Positions 63,817 to 64,000 of a DNA stretch of 64,000 bases are shown here, one piece after another (the stretch's first letter is position 1; each line of letters opens with the position of its first letter). The stretch is from the NCBI GenBank assembly GCA_002378195.1, contig DFRJ01000002.1, forward strand, positions 129,054 to 193,053, read 5' to 3'. The notes beneath the pieces are model-generated. The model saw only the letters and a program-made list of their open reading frames with translations, did no database searches and had not been told where the DNA came from. The translations under genes and the position numbers were made by a program. The stretch is from Patescibacteria group bacterium UBA3466. Its GTDB lineage: Bacteria > Patescibacteriota > Minisyncoccia > Phycocordibacterales > UBA918.

Positions 63817-64000
63817 ATGAAAGTAATACTTTTACAAGATGTGGCCAAGATCGGAAAGCGAGGAGAAGTGGCTGAAGTGCCTGATGGATACGCTAGAAAC
63901 CAGCTAATTCCAAAGATGATGGCTGAGCCGGCTACGAAAGCAAATATGAAGAAGGTGGAGCGAAAGCAAAGTATGGCTAGCGCTTCTTCAGCAGCTTCAG
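63817..64000 (+). CDS. rplI: 50S ribosomal protein L9, N-terminal part (3' end outside window)
   Basis: [33 protein letters not shown] typical bL9 N-domain. Confidence 0.8.
   Translation, partial: MKVILLQDVAKIGKRGEVAEVPDGYARNQLIPKMMAEPATKANMKKVERKQSMASASSAAS

Noticed and set aside
1-64000. CRISPR array
   Set aside because: No run of regularly spaced identical short repeats. The repeats found are isolated pairs.

Overview
This 64-kb window is a compact, gene-dense stretch of bacterial chromosome with mostly short intergenic spacers and many hairpin+T-tract terminators. I could not compute GC content, run homology searches or fold RNAs, so every call rests on motifs read by eye, and non-ORF coordinates may be off by 1-2 bp.

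Left core block (1-20016): the 3' fragment of frr, rseP-like M50 protease, proS, an orphan hypothetical gene, mreB-mreC-mreD-mrdA (PBP2), a cupin, greA, lysS, a hypothetical gene, a truncated dcw cluster (mraZ-rsmH-ftsL-like-ftsI-murF), a secreted hyper-acidic repeat protein, tsaC/sua5, an acidic coiled-coil membrane protein and hisS.

Accessory region (~20.1-45.4 kb): a ~25-kb metal-homeostasis island sits between hisS and a tRNA-Glu(CUC) gene.
- Left edge: a 5'-truncated large serine recombinase that lacks its catalytic N-terminus.
- Zn module: ZIP/ZupT importer, CzcD-like cation diffusion facilitator, and a ZntA/CadA-type P1B ATPase.
- Envelope thiol/redox genes: DsbA-like protein, a membrane protein with an intramembrane CxxC, DUF3105, DUF305, a SurA-like protein and an M23 peptidase.
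- Cu module: a CsoR-like repressor preceded by a G/C-tract inverted repeat, a cupredoxin-like/rhodanese protein, a split ferric-reductase-like pair (TM haem domain plus FNR-like FAD/NAD domain), two YeeE/YedE half-transporters, a CopB-type P1B-3 ATPase (CPH motif), a Met-rich small protein, DUF411, and a multicopper oxidase with a Met-rich insert.
- AT-rich mobility/defence-like module: a 2-TM protein, a NERD nuclease-domain protein, GC-rich iteron-like repeats, a HUH rolling-circle Rep-like protein, a small ORF, and an intact large serine recombinase whose 3' end overlaps the tRNA.

Right core block: FAD-linked oxidase with a Lys-rich N-terminal tail, PIF1/RecD-like helicase, YgjP-like metallohydrolase, msrAB fusion, Trx-like/CcdA-like membrane protein, CaCA exchanger, truB, two small paralogously promoted genes, hypotheticals, YqeY, rmuC, rplU, recR, dnaB, cysS, ctpA and the rplI start.

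Most striking observation: an identical 37-bp sequence containing a perfect 36-bp palindrome occurs twice, at 20074-20110 and 58692-58728. The palindrome is built from three tandem 12-bp TGTTACGTAACA-like sites. The two copies bracket the island plus ~13 kb of core genes; the left copy lies ~400 bp from the truncated recombinase.

No rRNA genes or CRISPR arrays were seen.
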